Positions 1 to 12,169 of a stretch of DNA of 64,000 nucleotides are shown here, piece after piece. The DNA lies in the NCBI RefSeq assembly GCF_009914755.1, contig NC_060943.1; one strand, written 5' to 3'. Source of the stretch: the human T2T-CHM13v2.0 reference genome, Homo sapiens. The stretch's first letter is position 1; the number at the start of each line of letters is the position of its first letter. Both the position numbers and the translations under genes were made by a program. The notes beneath the pieces are model-generated. The model worked only from the letters and a program-made list of their open reading frames with translations, ran no database searches and was not told where the DNA came from.

Positions 1-196
<196 letters not shown>

Positions 197-466
197 TTAA
201 AAGGTTCATACTGTGTGTAAGTTCATACTGTGTGTAAGTATGACAAACTCTCCATAGCAGAAAGTTTCTCCTATTTTTCTGTGTTTTTCCCCAAACATGT
301 ATGCTATAACTAAGCCCTGTCATTATTTGACCTGGTGTACCAGAACTTAAGTTGCAGTTCTTGGTATGGAGTGCCTTTTTTGCAGTGTGGACACAGTCCA
401 TCCCACTGAGACCAGGTGAGTTCACGAACATGGTTTGATTTAAAAAACGTGCTTTTACCATTGCAG

Positions 467-581
467 GGCTTGGTGACTATCAAAAACCTGGCTGTTGACT
501 TCCGCCAGCAGCTACACCCAGCTCAGAAGAATTTCTGTAAGAATGGGATATGGGAGAACAACAGTGACCTGGGATCAGCAG
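467..581 (+). CDS. ZFP28: ZFP28 internal coding exon: degenerate second KRAB-A box (GLVTIKNLAVDFRQQLHPAQKNFCKNGIWENNSDLGSA/G)
   Basis: Acceptor TTGCAG at 461-466, donor G|GTAAGG at 582; 115 nt, phase 0 to 1 like a KRAB-A exon (canonical 127 nt); peptide matches ZFP28 as I recall it. Confidence 0.88.
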
Positions 582-909
582 GTAAGGATGTCCCTCTCCC
601 ATATTTGAATCTATCGTCGGGTACCTCCATTTCCAAACTTCAGTTTTGAATTATGGAGGAGGGAGGGGGTGTCTTCTGACATGCTGGCCTGAATTTTGTG
701 GATTCCTAAGATAAGAATTTGGCATTTGTAGAGGTGAAAGTTGGTGTCTTTGTTAGGCTTGAAGCGTTATCTTCTTGTGTCTTTCAGATCCTACTCACCT
801 GTTTTTCTGTTTCTTTCAGCAGTAACACTTTTCTATCAACAAGGAAGTGGTTCTCAATTTTAGGATGCCAAGACTATTGGCCAAACCTCATCTCTTTTCA
901 CTTTTTCAG

Positions 910-1005
910 GACATTGTGTGGCTAAGCCAGATTTAGTCTCTTTACTAGAGCAAGAGAAGGAGCCCTGGATGGTGAAGCGAGAGCTGACAGGAAGCCTGTT
1001 CTCAG
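910..1005 (+). CDS. ZFP28: ZFP28 KRAB-B exon ([31 protein letters not shown])
   Basis: Acceptor TTTTTCAG ending at 909, donor CAG|GTGAGT at 1006; canonical 96 nt; KPDLxxxLEQxKEPW motif. Confidence 0.93.
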
Positions 1006-3623
1006 GTGAGTGCAGGAGAGCCTGGTGTGGAAAATCTACTGCAAGAGAGAGCGGAGCTTTTACCAAAAAGGCTGCATCCTCACTAATATACAGTAGGAAA
1101 CTTCACCCAGGGTCTCTGGGTCTGGAAAGAAAATTGAACTCTGGGAGTTCCAAATAATTCTTTCCTCCTCCTTTGCCCCCTTCTCTCCAGTAACTGCCAT
1201 TTCCCTGAAGTTCCTTCTTTTCTTGGCCACTGGGACGTGTATCATCCACTTGCTTCCTTAAATGATCTTTTCTGGACCCTGATGCACTTTTGAGCTGACT
1301 TCCAAAGGTTTTCTCTTCTGTGGTTAAATGGCCTATTGTTTTCATCATGCATCCATTCCTGTGAGAACCACAAATTGAAAGTTATGGGATTGAGCCACTC
1401 TGCTGAGTATTGGCAGGCGATTGGAAAAAGGGAGAATTACACATAAATGTAAGCCATCAGTGAATTACTCTAATGGAAAGGATAAGACATGTTTATGGAT
1501 AGCTTGCATGAAGTAGAGTTTGCAGAATTTCAAATAGGGCATTATAGAGACAAAGGAGATGTTGTTCCCAGTGGTGTCTATGTTTTAGTAGGACAGGTGG
1601 GTAGAAGTTGAATTGCAAGAAGGTGGAAGTAAAGGATCTTTTCCTCTTGATGCACAAGGGAAAGAAAGGAAATTTCCGTAGAAAATAATGGTTTGTAGAA
1701 AATGTAATTGTTTACTGTTTGGCAAAAGAATATAAAACCGTGACGTTATCACAACATACACCTTAGATCCATTTAAGTCAGGATAAACACACATTTTTTC
1801 ACATAGTAGAAATTACAGTGTATATTCAGTTACGCATACACGTTTTTCATGTGGATTCCACGTTGTATATACCATTGCTCACTTAGGTTGCTTTACATTT
1901 CTTAGTATTAAAGATACAATTATAATAGATTTTTTTCAAGTTAAGTGAAAACTACACATTTTGGGGATTGCTGTATTCCTGGATATGAGCACCTGCTAGG
2001 CTCTGAAAGTTTTTTTGTTTTTGGTGACTAGCAACAATTAGATGTATGAGTTTAATTGCATCTTGAAAGTATTGGTTATTTACATGAAAACTTTTGCTCA
2101 TTATTTGTTGAAAGATTATACACTAAAATTATTCTTTTTTTATGAAAGAAGTTGAACATTTTTTCGTAAATTTGGTTTTTCTCTTATCTTCTTGTAAAAT
2201 GTCTGTCATTTGTACCCAGTTCTCTCTTGTGTGTTAAATATTTTCTTAACAGTCTCAGTGACTGCTATGTATATAAGCATACTAATTCTGTGATATATTG
2301 TCTCAAACTATTTTCACATATGGCAATAAGAGTTTTAATTTTAATTAGGTCTTTTAAAATTATGACATGTAAAAATTTTCAATTTTTATATAGTCCAGTA
2401 TATTATTTCTAATGTGATTTCTCCTATTTGTGTGGCTAACAACTTGACACATATAGTTCTATTTCATTTTTAATGACTATTTAGTATTATATGAATATAT
2501 ATAATTTATTTAAATTATTTACTGTTGAGTATATTTAAACATTTAGGAGGTCTTCTCCAGTTTTCACCTATAATCAACAGTGGTCCAGTTTGTACATATC
2601 TTCTTGCTTACATGTCAGAATATTTCTTGAAGATATATGCTTGGAAATGAATTTGCATGGTCGAAGTATATGTATTTTTAAAGTGTCATGGATATTTTGC
2701 TGTACCGTTGGTAAAGAATATATGAGAATACTGTTTCTAGACATCATCACCAATATGGGTATTTTGTAGTTTAAAAAAAATTTTGCCAAGCTGCTAGATG
2801 AAAAATGTTTTATTTAATTTGCATTTCCCCAACTACTTACGATGTTGAGAATATGTGCTCTTAAATCTGTTTAGAGTTTGTATTCTATTCATAGTGTGTT
2901 TATACTCATTAGTCACATTTCTATTGGGTTGTATATTTTCCTGTATTTATGCAACATTGATATGAATGCTATTTTTTAATAAGTTTGATAAAATTTTTCC
3001 CCAATTTTGTGTGGTCTAGAAGTTTGCATATGGTATTTCTTACTATATAGTAGCTTAACTTGGGAATTATCTTCATTTATAGAAGCACGTACTTTGTTGA
3101 TTTTTTCATTTGTTTCACTCCTATCTCTTAAAAAATGAATAGATGTATAGTCCCATTTGAATCATATAATACATTTGTTTGACCTTCTGTAACTTAATTA
3201 TTTCTCTCTCCTTTATCACCTTCCTTCCTTTTCTTTCTTTCCTTCTCATTTTTCCCTTCTTTCCTTACCTTTCTCTTCTGTATTTTGCTGTGTGGCCTGT
3301 TTTTTGTTTGTTTTATTTACATATTTTTATTATAGAAGAGTACACATAAAATTTAACCATTTTGAAGTGTACAATTCAGTGACAGTATATTATGTGAGGT
3401 GATATGGTAATTAGCTTGATTGTGGCAAACATTTCACCATGTATAAGCATATCAAAACATTTTATACCTTAAATATATACAATTTTTATTTGTCAACTAT
3501 GCCTCAATAAAGCTGGAAAAATATTGCCAAAAAGAGAGAAATTGCAAGGCTTCATTATAGAATGGCCAGAGAATTGAGGATGTTTTCAGGCTTGTGGAAG
3601 TAACCAGGAAAATGTGAAAATAA

Positions 3624-3940
<317 letters not shown>

Positions 3941-4083
3941 CTAAATGTAATAGTTTTTAGAGCTGTAAAATGTATGTTGATGAATTCACCAATTAGTGAA
4001 TTAATTCACTAGTTTTCCTTTTGGCAGATTCCTTTTTCCTAGCACACGAAAAAGGAAATATGTGTTTTCTTGGTATCTTTCAG

Positions 4084-5792
4084 GCCAGCGATCTGTACAT
4101 GAGACCCAGGAATTATTTCCAAAGCAAGATTCATATGCTGAAGGGGTAACAGACAGAACCTCAAACACTAAACTTGATTGTTCCAGTTTCAGAGAAAATT
4201 GGGATTCTGACTATGTGTTTGGAAGGAAGCTTGCAGTAGGTCAAGAGACACAATTCAGGCAAGAGCCAATTACTCATAACAAAACCCTCTCTAAGGAAAG
4301 AGAACGTACATATAACAAATCTGGAAGATGGTTCTATTTGGACGATTCAGAAGAGAAAGTTCATAATCGTGATTCAATTAAAAATTTTCAAAAAAGTTCA
4401 GTGGTAATAAAACAAACAGGCATCTATGCAGGAAAAAAGCTTTTCAAGTGTAATGAATGTAAGAAAACTTTTACCCAGAGCTCATCTCTTACTGTTCATC
4501 AGAGAATTCACACTGGAGAGAAACCTTATAAATGTAATGAATGTGGGAAGGCCTTTAGTGACGGCTCATCCTTTGCCCGACACCAGAGATGTCACACTGG
4601 CAAGAAGCCCTATGAGTGCATTGAGTGTGGGAAAGCTTTCATACAGAACACATCCCTTATCCGTCACTGGAGATACTATCATACTGGGGAGAAACCCTTT
4701 GATTGCATCGATTGTGGGAAAGCCTTCAGTGACCACATAGGGCTTAATCAACACAGGAGAATTCATACTGGAGAGAAACCTTACAAATGTGATGTATGTC
4801 ACAAATCCTTCAGGTATGGTTCCTCCCTTACTGTACATCAAAGGATTCATACCGGAGAAAAACCATATGAATGTGATGTTTGCAGAAAAGCCTTCAGCCA
4901 TCATGCATCACTCACTCAACATCAAAGAGTACATTCTGGAGAAAAGCCTTTTAAGTGTAAAGAGTGCGGAAAAGCTTTTAGGCAGAATATACACCTTGCC
5001 AGTCATTTAAGGATTCATACTGGGGAGAAGCCTTTTGAATGTGCGGAGTGTGGAAAATCCTTCAGCATCAGTTCTCAGCTTGCCACTCATCAGAGAATCC
5101 ATACTGGAGAGAAGCCCTATGAATGTAAGGTTTGTAGTAAAGCGTTCACCCAGAAGGCTCACCTTGCACAGCATCAGAAAACCCATACAGGAGAGAAACC
5201 ATATGAGTGCAAGGAATGCGGTAAAGCCTTCAGCCAGACCACACACCTCATTCAACATCAGAGAGTTCACACTGGTGAGAAACCCTATAAATGTATGGAA
5301 TGTGGGAAGGCCTTTGGTGATAACTCATCCTGTACTCAACATCAAAGACTGCACACTGGCCAAAGACCTTATGAATGTATTGAGTGTGGAAAGGCATTCA
5401 AGACAAAATCCTCCCTTATTTGTCATCGCAGAAGTCATACTGGAGAAAAACCTTATGAATGCAGTGTGTGTGGCAAAGCCTTTAGTCATCGTCAATCCCT
5501 TAGTGTACATCAGAGAATCCATTCTGGAAAGAAACCATATGAATGTAAGGAATGTAGGAAAACCTTCATCCAAATTGGACACCTTAATCAACATAAGAGA
5601 GTTCATACTGGAGAGAGATCTTATAACTATAAGAAAAGCAGAAAAGTCTTCAGGCAAACTGCTCACTTAGCTCATCATCAGCGAATTCATACTGGAGAGT
5701 CGTCAACATGCCCCTCTTTACCTTCCACGTCAAATCCTGTGGATCTGTTTCCCAAATTTCTCTGGAATCCATCCTCCCTCCCATCACCATAG
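4084..5792 (+). CDS. ZFP28: ZFP28 terminal coding exon: spacer plus 14 intact C2H2 fingers and 1 degenerate finger ([10 protein letters not shown]...H...H)
   Basis: Acceptor TATCTTTCAG ending at 4083, phase 1 (G|GC CAG CGA); ORF 4062-5792 with TGEKP linkers; ends ...PSSLPSP-TAG. Confidence 0.95.
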
Positions 5793-6502
5793 CCTCGAGA
5801 CGTCATTTCTGTTTGACTACTCCAGCAGTTTAAAACCCCATCTCCCTGCCCTTTTGTTTTCTTTTTGTCCCTTATTAGTTAGTTCTTCACATAAGTGTAA
5901 ATGTAACTTATTCACTCCTCTTGTAAAACTTATAGTTTCTTTAAATTGGTTAATGTGTGAGATGTGCTCAGCACAGTGCCTGGTCCATAGTAAGTGCTCA
6001 GTAAACTTAGCTGTTTTAAAAACTTTGTATTTGAACATTGAAAAGTTACAGTAGTCAGCTCTGATAAAAAAATGATGCAGTAGGGTGAGGGTAGGAAAAA
6101 GCACATTTTCTATCAGGAACAGAATTCTCCAGTAGTGGGTGAGGTTTTGCCTTTGTTGGTTTTAAAACTTGATTCTATAATGCCAAGTTAGTTTTGTGGC
6201 TTTCCATCTGACCCTATGTGAATGTAAGGTGATGTGACCTTGTTGGTGAGAAAATTAAACTTTACATTTGACTTGATTTGTTTTAGAAAGTCTAGGGACC
6301 ATGAATGAATAGGCCAGCTGGGACAAATGAATTTAAAAAATCAGAAAAATGCAAGATTTATATGCATGAAGTTAAAACAACTGACGTTACTCAAGAATTA
6401 GAAAACTTTGCAAGATTTGACTTGTTTAAAAATCACATTTATAAGTGAACCGTATTAAAACTTTTAAGGAACCATTCATTGTGAGGTAAACTGATCCAGA
6501 AT

Positions 6503-6820
6503 AGGGGTCAGCAAACTATGACTCATGGCCACAGTCTCACTGACTGTTTTTGTATGGTCCATGATCTAGAATTTAAAAAAATTTTAAAGGGTTGAAAAAA
6601 GTGAAAAGAATATTTTCAACATGAAAATTATATGAAATTTAAGTTTTGGTGTCTGTAAATAAAGTTTTGTTGGCTTCAGCCACACAGTGATTTACACCTT
6701 GATTGTGCTGCTTCCAGGCTGTAGCAGCAGAGTTGAGCAGTTGTGACAGGAGACCATGTGGCCTGCAGAGCCCAAATATCTACTGTCTGATCCTACACAG
6801 AAAATGTGTGTGATCCCTGC
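6503..6820. mobile_element. MER58B-like hAT-Charlie MITE in the ZFP28 3'UTR
   Basis: Begins AGGGGTCAGCAAACTATG; GCAGAGTTGAGCAGTTGTGACAG core; ends TGATCCCTG. Confidence 0.75.
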
Positions 6821-6827
6821 TATGGAG

Positions 6828-7023
6828 CAGAGGTTATCAAACTAAAGCCCATGGACCAAATCCTATCTGCTGCTTGTTTTTGTAAATAGAGTTTTATCAA
6901 ACCACAGCCATGCTTACTTGTTTAGCTATTGACTATGGCTGCTTTAGACAACTGTGACAGACTATATGGCTCGCAAAACTGCAAATATTTCCTATCCTTT
7001 AACAGAAAGTTTGCCAACCTCTG
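6828..7023. mobile_element. MER58A-like hAT-Charlie MITE in the ZFP28 3'UTR
   Basis: CAGAGGTTATCAAACT ... TGTTTTTGTAAATAGAGTTTTAT ... AGTTTGCCAACCTCTG (terminal inverted repeats). Confidence 0.75.
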
Positions 7024-7174
7024 CTCTAGAGTAGAGAAAAATGTATAAAAGATTTTAATTTTATGAGGGCAATACAACTGTCACATCAGAAACAAGAAAA
7101 CAAATGATAAAGGAACTCATTTATCAATAGAGGTGAAAGGAAATTATTAAACTATATTGAAAAATAAAGATGTC

Positions 7175-7180
7175 AATAAA
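7175..7180 (+). terminator. ZFP28: Candidate ZFP28 polyadenylation signal AATAAA
   Basis: AATAAA about 1.4 kb after the stop codon, followed by T-rich sequence; another AATAAA lies at about 6658 inside MER58B. Confidence 0.55.
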
Positions 7181-7312
7181 AGGAGAAATGATATTTTTCT
7201 AGATGAAATACTCAATATTGTTAAAATGTTTGTAAATTATAATTCAGTCCCAGTAAGATATATTTACTTTGACGGTAACAGGGAAGCATAATTAGGCAAG
7301 AATAGCAAGAAG

Positions 7313-7616
7313 TTTTTTTTGTTTTGTTTTGTTTTTTGAGATGGAGTCTCACTCTGTTGCCCAGGCTGAAGTGCAGTGGCGTGATCCCGGCTCACTGCAA
7401 CCTCCGCCTCCCAGGTTCAAGCAATTCTCTGCCTCAGCCTCCCGAGTAGCTGGAATTACAGGCACCTGCCACCACGCCTGGCTAATTTTTGTATTTTTAG
7501 TAGAGATGGGGTTTCACCATCTTGGCCAGGCTGGTCTTGAACTCCTGACCTCGTGATCCACCCGCCTTGGCCTCCCAAAGTGCTGGGATTACAGGCATGA
7601 GCCACCACGCCCGGCC
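7313..7616 (-). mobile_element. AluS element, antisense, followed by Alu fragments to about 7790
   Basis: Full dimeric antisense Alu ending GAGCCACCACGCCCGGCC. Confidence 0.93.
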
Positions 7617-7799
7617 AAGAATTTTTTTTTTTTTAAGAGATGGAGGCCTCACTCTATCATCCAGGCTGGAGTGCAGTGCTAAGATCCTAGCTCACTGTAA
7701 CCTTAAAATATTTTTTTTGTAGAGACTGTGTCTCGCTTTGTTGCCCAGGCTGGTCTTGGGCTCCTTGCCTCAAGTGATTCTCCTGCCTCACTCTTCCCC

Positions 7800-8760
7800 A
7801 AAATTTTTGAAATAGATTTCTTTGCATATGAGATTTTAGTATATAATGGCACTATTATTTCAATATCGGGAAAATTATGCTTTGACAATTGGTTATCCAC
7901 CCTCTCCAAGAAAAAAGTTAGAAGCACATTTACACCTTACAGAGAAATATGACTATCATATTTGACATATCTAATCATAAAATAACATGTTAGAGGCAAA
8001 TGTAGAAAAAAGGAACGTATTATCAAGTAGGACATGGAGTCCTAGAAGCCATAAAGAAATCGAGAACAAGTTGGGCTATGCAACGATCTAAAACTTCAGC
8101 ATGGTGAAAGTCACCAAAAACTTGTAAAAGACAGTTGAAGGGAAATGTATACAACTTATAGAAAATAACAGAATGCTGTTACATATACAGAGCAGTGGGG
8201 AACAACTTGCCATGCACACTGATAGGCGAATCACCCTGAAGAATCCAAATGGATAAAGAAAATTCGTGAAATTCTTAACCTCATTAATCAGAAGAATATG
8301 AATGAAACCACATTTTCCTGGCTCTTGGTAGATTACAATATAACATTTGGATAATATCCAGTAATGGTATTAGTGTGGGAAAACAGGTACTTGATCACTA
8401 TTAGCAGTGTAACTTCGTCCCCTATCTCCTCGGATGGCATGACCTATCAACATTATAAACGTGAATTTTTTTCAAACAGTAATTCCAGATCTAGGAATTT
8501 TATCCCATTGGAATAAATAGGTAGATATAAATATTGTTTTCTTGTAGAATTGTTTCAATTATGACAAATAAGAATTCAGCGCCCTGCCAAGTGGATTGAC
8601 TAAATTGTAGTTATTCAGTACTGTGTTGTGCGATTAGTAGAAAGCAGTTAAGCTCTACATACACTTCTATGGAGTGGCGTCTACAACATATTTAATGAAA
8701 TATGTGGTTTACAGAACCTTACAGGTAAAATGACCTAGTCATAGAGTCAAAATTAATACT
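7800..8760 (+). mobile_element. Old L1 (L1ME-like) 3' remnants
   Basis: A-rich degenerate L1 ORF2-end/3'UTR motifs (GATAATATCCAGTAATGG...GTGGGAAAACAGGTACT; AATTCCAGATCTAGGAATTTTATCC). Confidence 0.55.
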
Positions 8761-9731
8761 GAATATATATGTGTGTATGTACATACAAACACATGCACAG
8801 CCTCAGTATCTATGTTGAAATCTGGTTTTGTCTTTAACACACAGACTTTTCCTAGCATTTTGCGGGCACTTTCCCTTTCTTCATTCTGTATTGTTCTGAT
8901 GAACTGTCAGTGACACATGCTCCAAGTAAGACAACCAGATTCATTCTCTGTATTTTGATTAGAGACACAGGGACAGGAACAGGGCCAATATTCAGCTTTA
9001 TGAACCAGTATGGCCAGAATGGATGTTTTGTTTTAGTCAATATTCATTTTGATTGGTGGGACCTTTATTATACCTGCTGTGAAGTATGTGGGATATGACT
9101 CCTAGGCTGGAATTCGTTTGAATTAAGTCATCCTTTGGCAGCAACCTAAGGATTCCTCCACCTGTCACTGAGATCCATTGAGATGATTCCTGCTTTCTCA
9201 CATCTTGGTTTTGAGTTAAATTCTTTGAGTCTGTGAACTACCTGGTATTCTAATATTTCTCATTTTAAGTCAGAGTCAAATACTTTGGTTCTCAAGCAAA
9301 GAGAGCTAGCCAATGCAGAAATTTATACTACAGAATGATTACTAGACTGTAGAGAAGCAGAGTATTCAAGATGGATGTCCAGTGAGACAGATCAAAGCAC
9401 AGATGAATTCCTAATCCTATTTTGTGCTGTGAAAGGATATTCATGATATAGCAGGATCCTAAGCCCATTGTGCACTAGGGTCTGGATAGCTCCTACCAAA
9501 AACAAAGGTATTGAGGAATACTACTTCCAAAAGTATATATGATACCTGTTTATAATGAAATTGGGTAATTAAAATTTCAAGGCTACTTGAAATTCTGGCC
9601 TTAAGGAATTGAATCAGTACCTGTATGTCTGTGTTGGGAAGAATCTCATACTCCTTTTAAGCATGGGGCTGTATTTGCTAAAAAAGGCAGCAGTAGATGC
9701 AGTTATTTGCTCAACAATGATGCTTACTGAA

Positions 9732-10685
9732 TGAAGGGGTGGCCTGCCCCTCCACAACTGTGGGCGTTTTTCCTTGGGTGGGACGAGAGACTGAGAAAAG
9801 AAAGAGACACAGAGACAAAGTATAGAGAAAGAAAAGTGGGCCCAGGGGACCAGCACTCAGCATACGGAGGACCCACGCCTGCACCGGTCTCTGAGTTCCC
9901 TCAGTATTTATTGATCATTATCTCTACCATCTCAGAGAGGGGGATGTGGCAGGACAATAGGGTAATAGTGGGGAGAGGGTCAGCAGGAAAACGTGAACAA
10001 ATGTCTCTGTGTCATAAACAAGGTTAGAAAATGTGCTGTGCTTTGATATGCACATACACAAACATATCTGGTGCATTAAACAGCAGTATTGCCGCCAGCA
10101 TGTCTCACCCCCAGCCTTAAGGCGGTTTTCTCCTATCTCAGTAGATGGAACACACAATCGGGTTTTACACCAAGACATTCCATTCCCCAGGGACGAGCAG
10201 GAGACAGATGCCTTCCTCTTAACTACAAAGAGGCCTTCCTCTTTTAATAATCCTCCTCAGCACAGACCCTTTACCGGTGTCGGGCTCAGGGACGGTCAGG
10301 TCTTTCCCTTCCCACAAGGCCATATTTCAGACTATCACATGGGGAGAAACCTTGGACAATATCTGGCTTTCCTAGGCAGAGGTCCCTGCAGCCTTCTGCA
10401 GTGTTTTGTGTCCCTGGGTACTTGAGATTAGGGAGTGGTGATGACTTTTAACAAGCATGCTGCCTTCAAGCACTTGTTTAACAAAGCACATCCTGCATAG
10501 CCCTAAATCCATTAAACCTTGAGTCGACACAGCACATGTTTCTGCCAGCACAGGGTTGGGGGTAGGGTTACAGATTAACAGCATCTCAAGGCAGAATTTT
10601 TCTTAGTACAGAACAAAATGGAGTCTCTTATGTCTACTTCTTTCTACATAGACACAGTAACAGTCTGACCTCTCTTTTCCCCACA
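9732..10685 (-). mobile_element. Solo HERV-K(HML-2) LTR (LTR5A/LTR5B type), 954 bp, 5-bp target-site duplication CTGAA
   Basis: Minus strand starts TGTGGGGAAAAG and ends CCCCTTCA; internal LTR5 motifs (GTACTAAGAAAAATTC, AATAAATACTGAGGGAACTCAGAG); CTGAA at 9727-9731 and 10686-10690. Confidence 0.93.
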
Positions 10686-10879
10686 CTGAATTCACAACCG
10701 TGTCACTTCTGTTAAGCAATTAGGGAAATACTGGAATTTGGATTATTGGAATGAGACTAACAAGAAGGATTCAAGGATCTTAGAAAACTTTGACTCTCCC
10801 TTGACTCTCCCTCTCAACCCTTAAGCAACCTCCCCACTGATTCTCCTCTCCATGCTTCCCTTGTGACTGGAAACAAACC

Positions 10880-11224
10880 TTCCTTCCTTCCTTCTTCCTT
10901 TCCCTTTCCTTTCCCCTGCCTTTCTTCTTTTCTTTTCTTTCCTTTTCTTTCTCAGAGTCTTGCTATCCCCCAAGCTGGAGAGCAGTGATGTAATCATGGC
11001 TTGCTGCCGCCTTGATCTCCTGGCCTCCAGCGTTCCTCCCACCTCGGCCTCTTCGAGTAGCTGAGACTACAGGCGTGTGCCACCACACCCAGAATTTTTA
11101 AATTTTTTGTGGATAGTTGTGCCATGTTGCCCAGGCTGGTCTTGAACTCCTGGGCTCAAGTGATCTGCCTGCCTCGGCCTTCTGAAGTGCTGGGATTACA
11201 GGTGTGAGACACCATACCCAGCCT
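10880..11224 (-). mobile_element. AluJ-like element, antisense, with (TTCC/TTTC)n tail
   Basis: Pyrimidine microsatellite followed by an antisense Alu body. Confidence 0.88.
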
Positions 11225-12169
11225 GTGACTGAAAACTTGATTGTCCCTTTTCTCACATGGTCACCATTATTGCTTGGCTGGTAACCAAAATCAGAGCTTA
11301 GTATGACCTGTAGTTTGAAATACAGAAAGTTAGGAAAGAGATTAATCTCACCCAGAAATATTTAATTTCCTTCATTAATTGTAACATCTAAAATCTAGGG
11401 AACATTGTTGCAAGTGTATTTTCAGGGTTAGAAATTACTTTGCGTAATATAGATGGACTGAAAGAATTCAGAAGTTTATAATGCTGGATTGGATCATTTA
11501 TGTCCATGCCCTTCACTCATCTGCAAGTTCCCATCAGGGCCCAATAGCCTTTCCATATTCCTTTGACATGAAAGAAGCACTGAAAAATGTCCCTATATCT
11601 CCACCTTTAGGTGCAGAGACTTTTCATGAGTGATTACATTTGAAAAGGGTATCCGATTTGTGTAGAACTGTGGCATGTGTAGTGGCTGGATTATAGGGCA
11701 ATCATTAACTATGAGAAGAAAGTAAAAAGGTTATAACAAACCTCAGAACTCTAGAGTGTTCTGATTTCTGATATTTCCACTGTAATTAATAATTGATCCC
11801 CAGCGTTGAAACTGCACTAAGGTTTTATTTTAATTAAAAACACTCCATGGCATGGCATCCAAATCTCACATTGACTTAAATCAGTGGCACAGGACTGGGT
11901 CATTCAGGAGTCTGAATGACTGTAATTAAAATTTCTATGAACAATTCCATGGGAATTCGAAAAAGACTTGCATTTATGCAGAGTGAGGGCTTATGGAAGA
12001 ATTCTTATACAAGCGTAGCTTAGAACAAGGTCTATTGAGACCACAAATGCATACTGTGGCTATTTTTCCAGGTCCTGGGTGTGCATTTGTTAATGATATC
12101 TATGATATGAGATGTGACTAGATGACCACCAAAAGTTTGTGTTCTTTTCTATTGTCTGGAATTGATCCT

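Larger units (their letters stand above)
8850..12150 (+). mobile_element. Degenerate ERVL (LTR16 plus HERV16/ERV3-16A3-like gag-pro) remnant, interrupted by LTR5 and an Alu
   Basis: Translated remnants GLGHSGV*MTVI (11893-11928), RVRAYGR (11980-12000) and GLLRPQMHTVAIFPGPGCAFVNDI (12029-12100) resemble ERVL protease GLLDTGSELTLI / VRVGAYGG / GPQTHPVVISPVPECIIGIDI; gag-like MLDWI near 11480. Confidence 0.55.

Noticed and set aside
204-237. 17-bp tandem duplication GTTCATACTGTGTGTAA x2
   Set aside because: Ordinary slippage duplication in an intron with no evident consequence
4426-5670. Alternative-frame and antisense ORFs over the ZFP28 finger array (e.g. 5035-5670, 211 aa)
   Set aside because: Expected by-product of repetitive C2H2/TGEKP codons; no independent start or splice evidence
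9614-10584. Several ORFs inside the LTR5
   Set aside because: Solo LTR with no gag/pol/env; the ORFs are incidental
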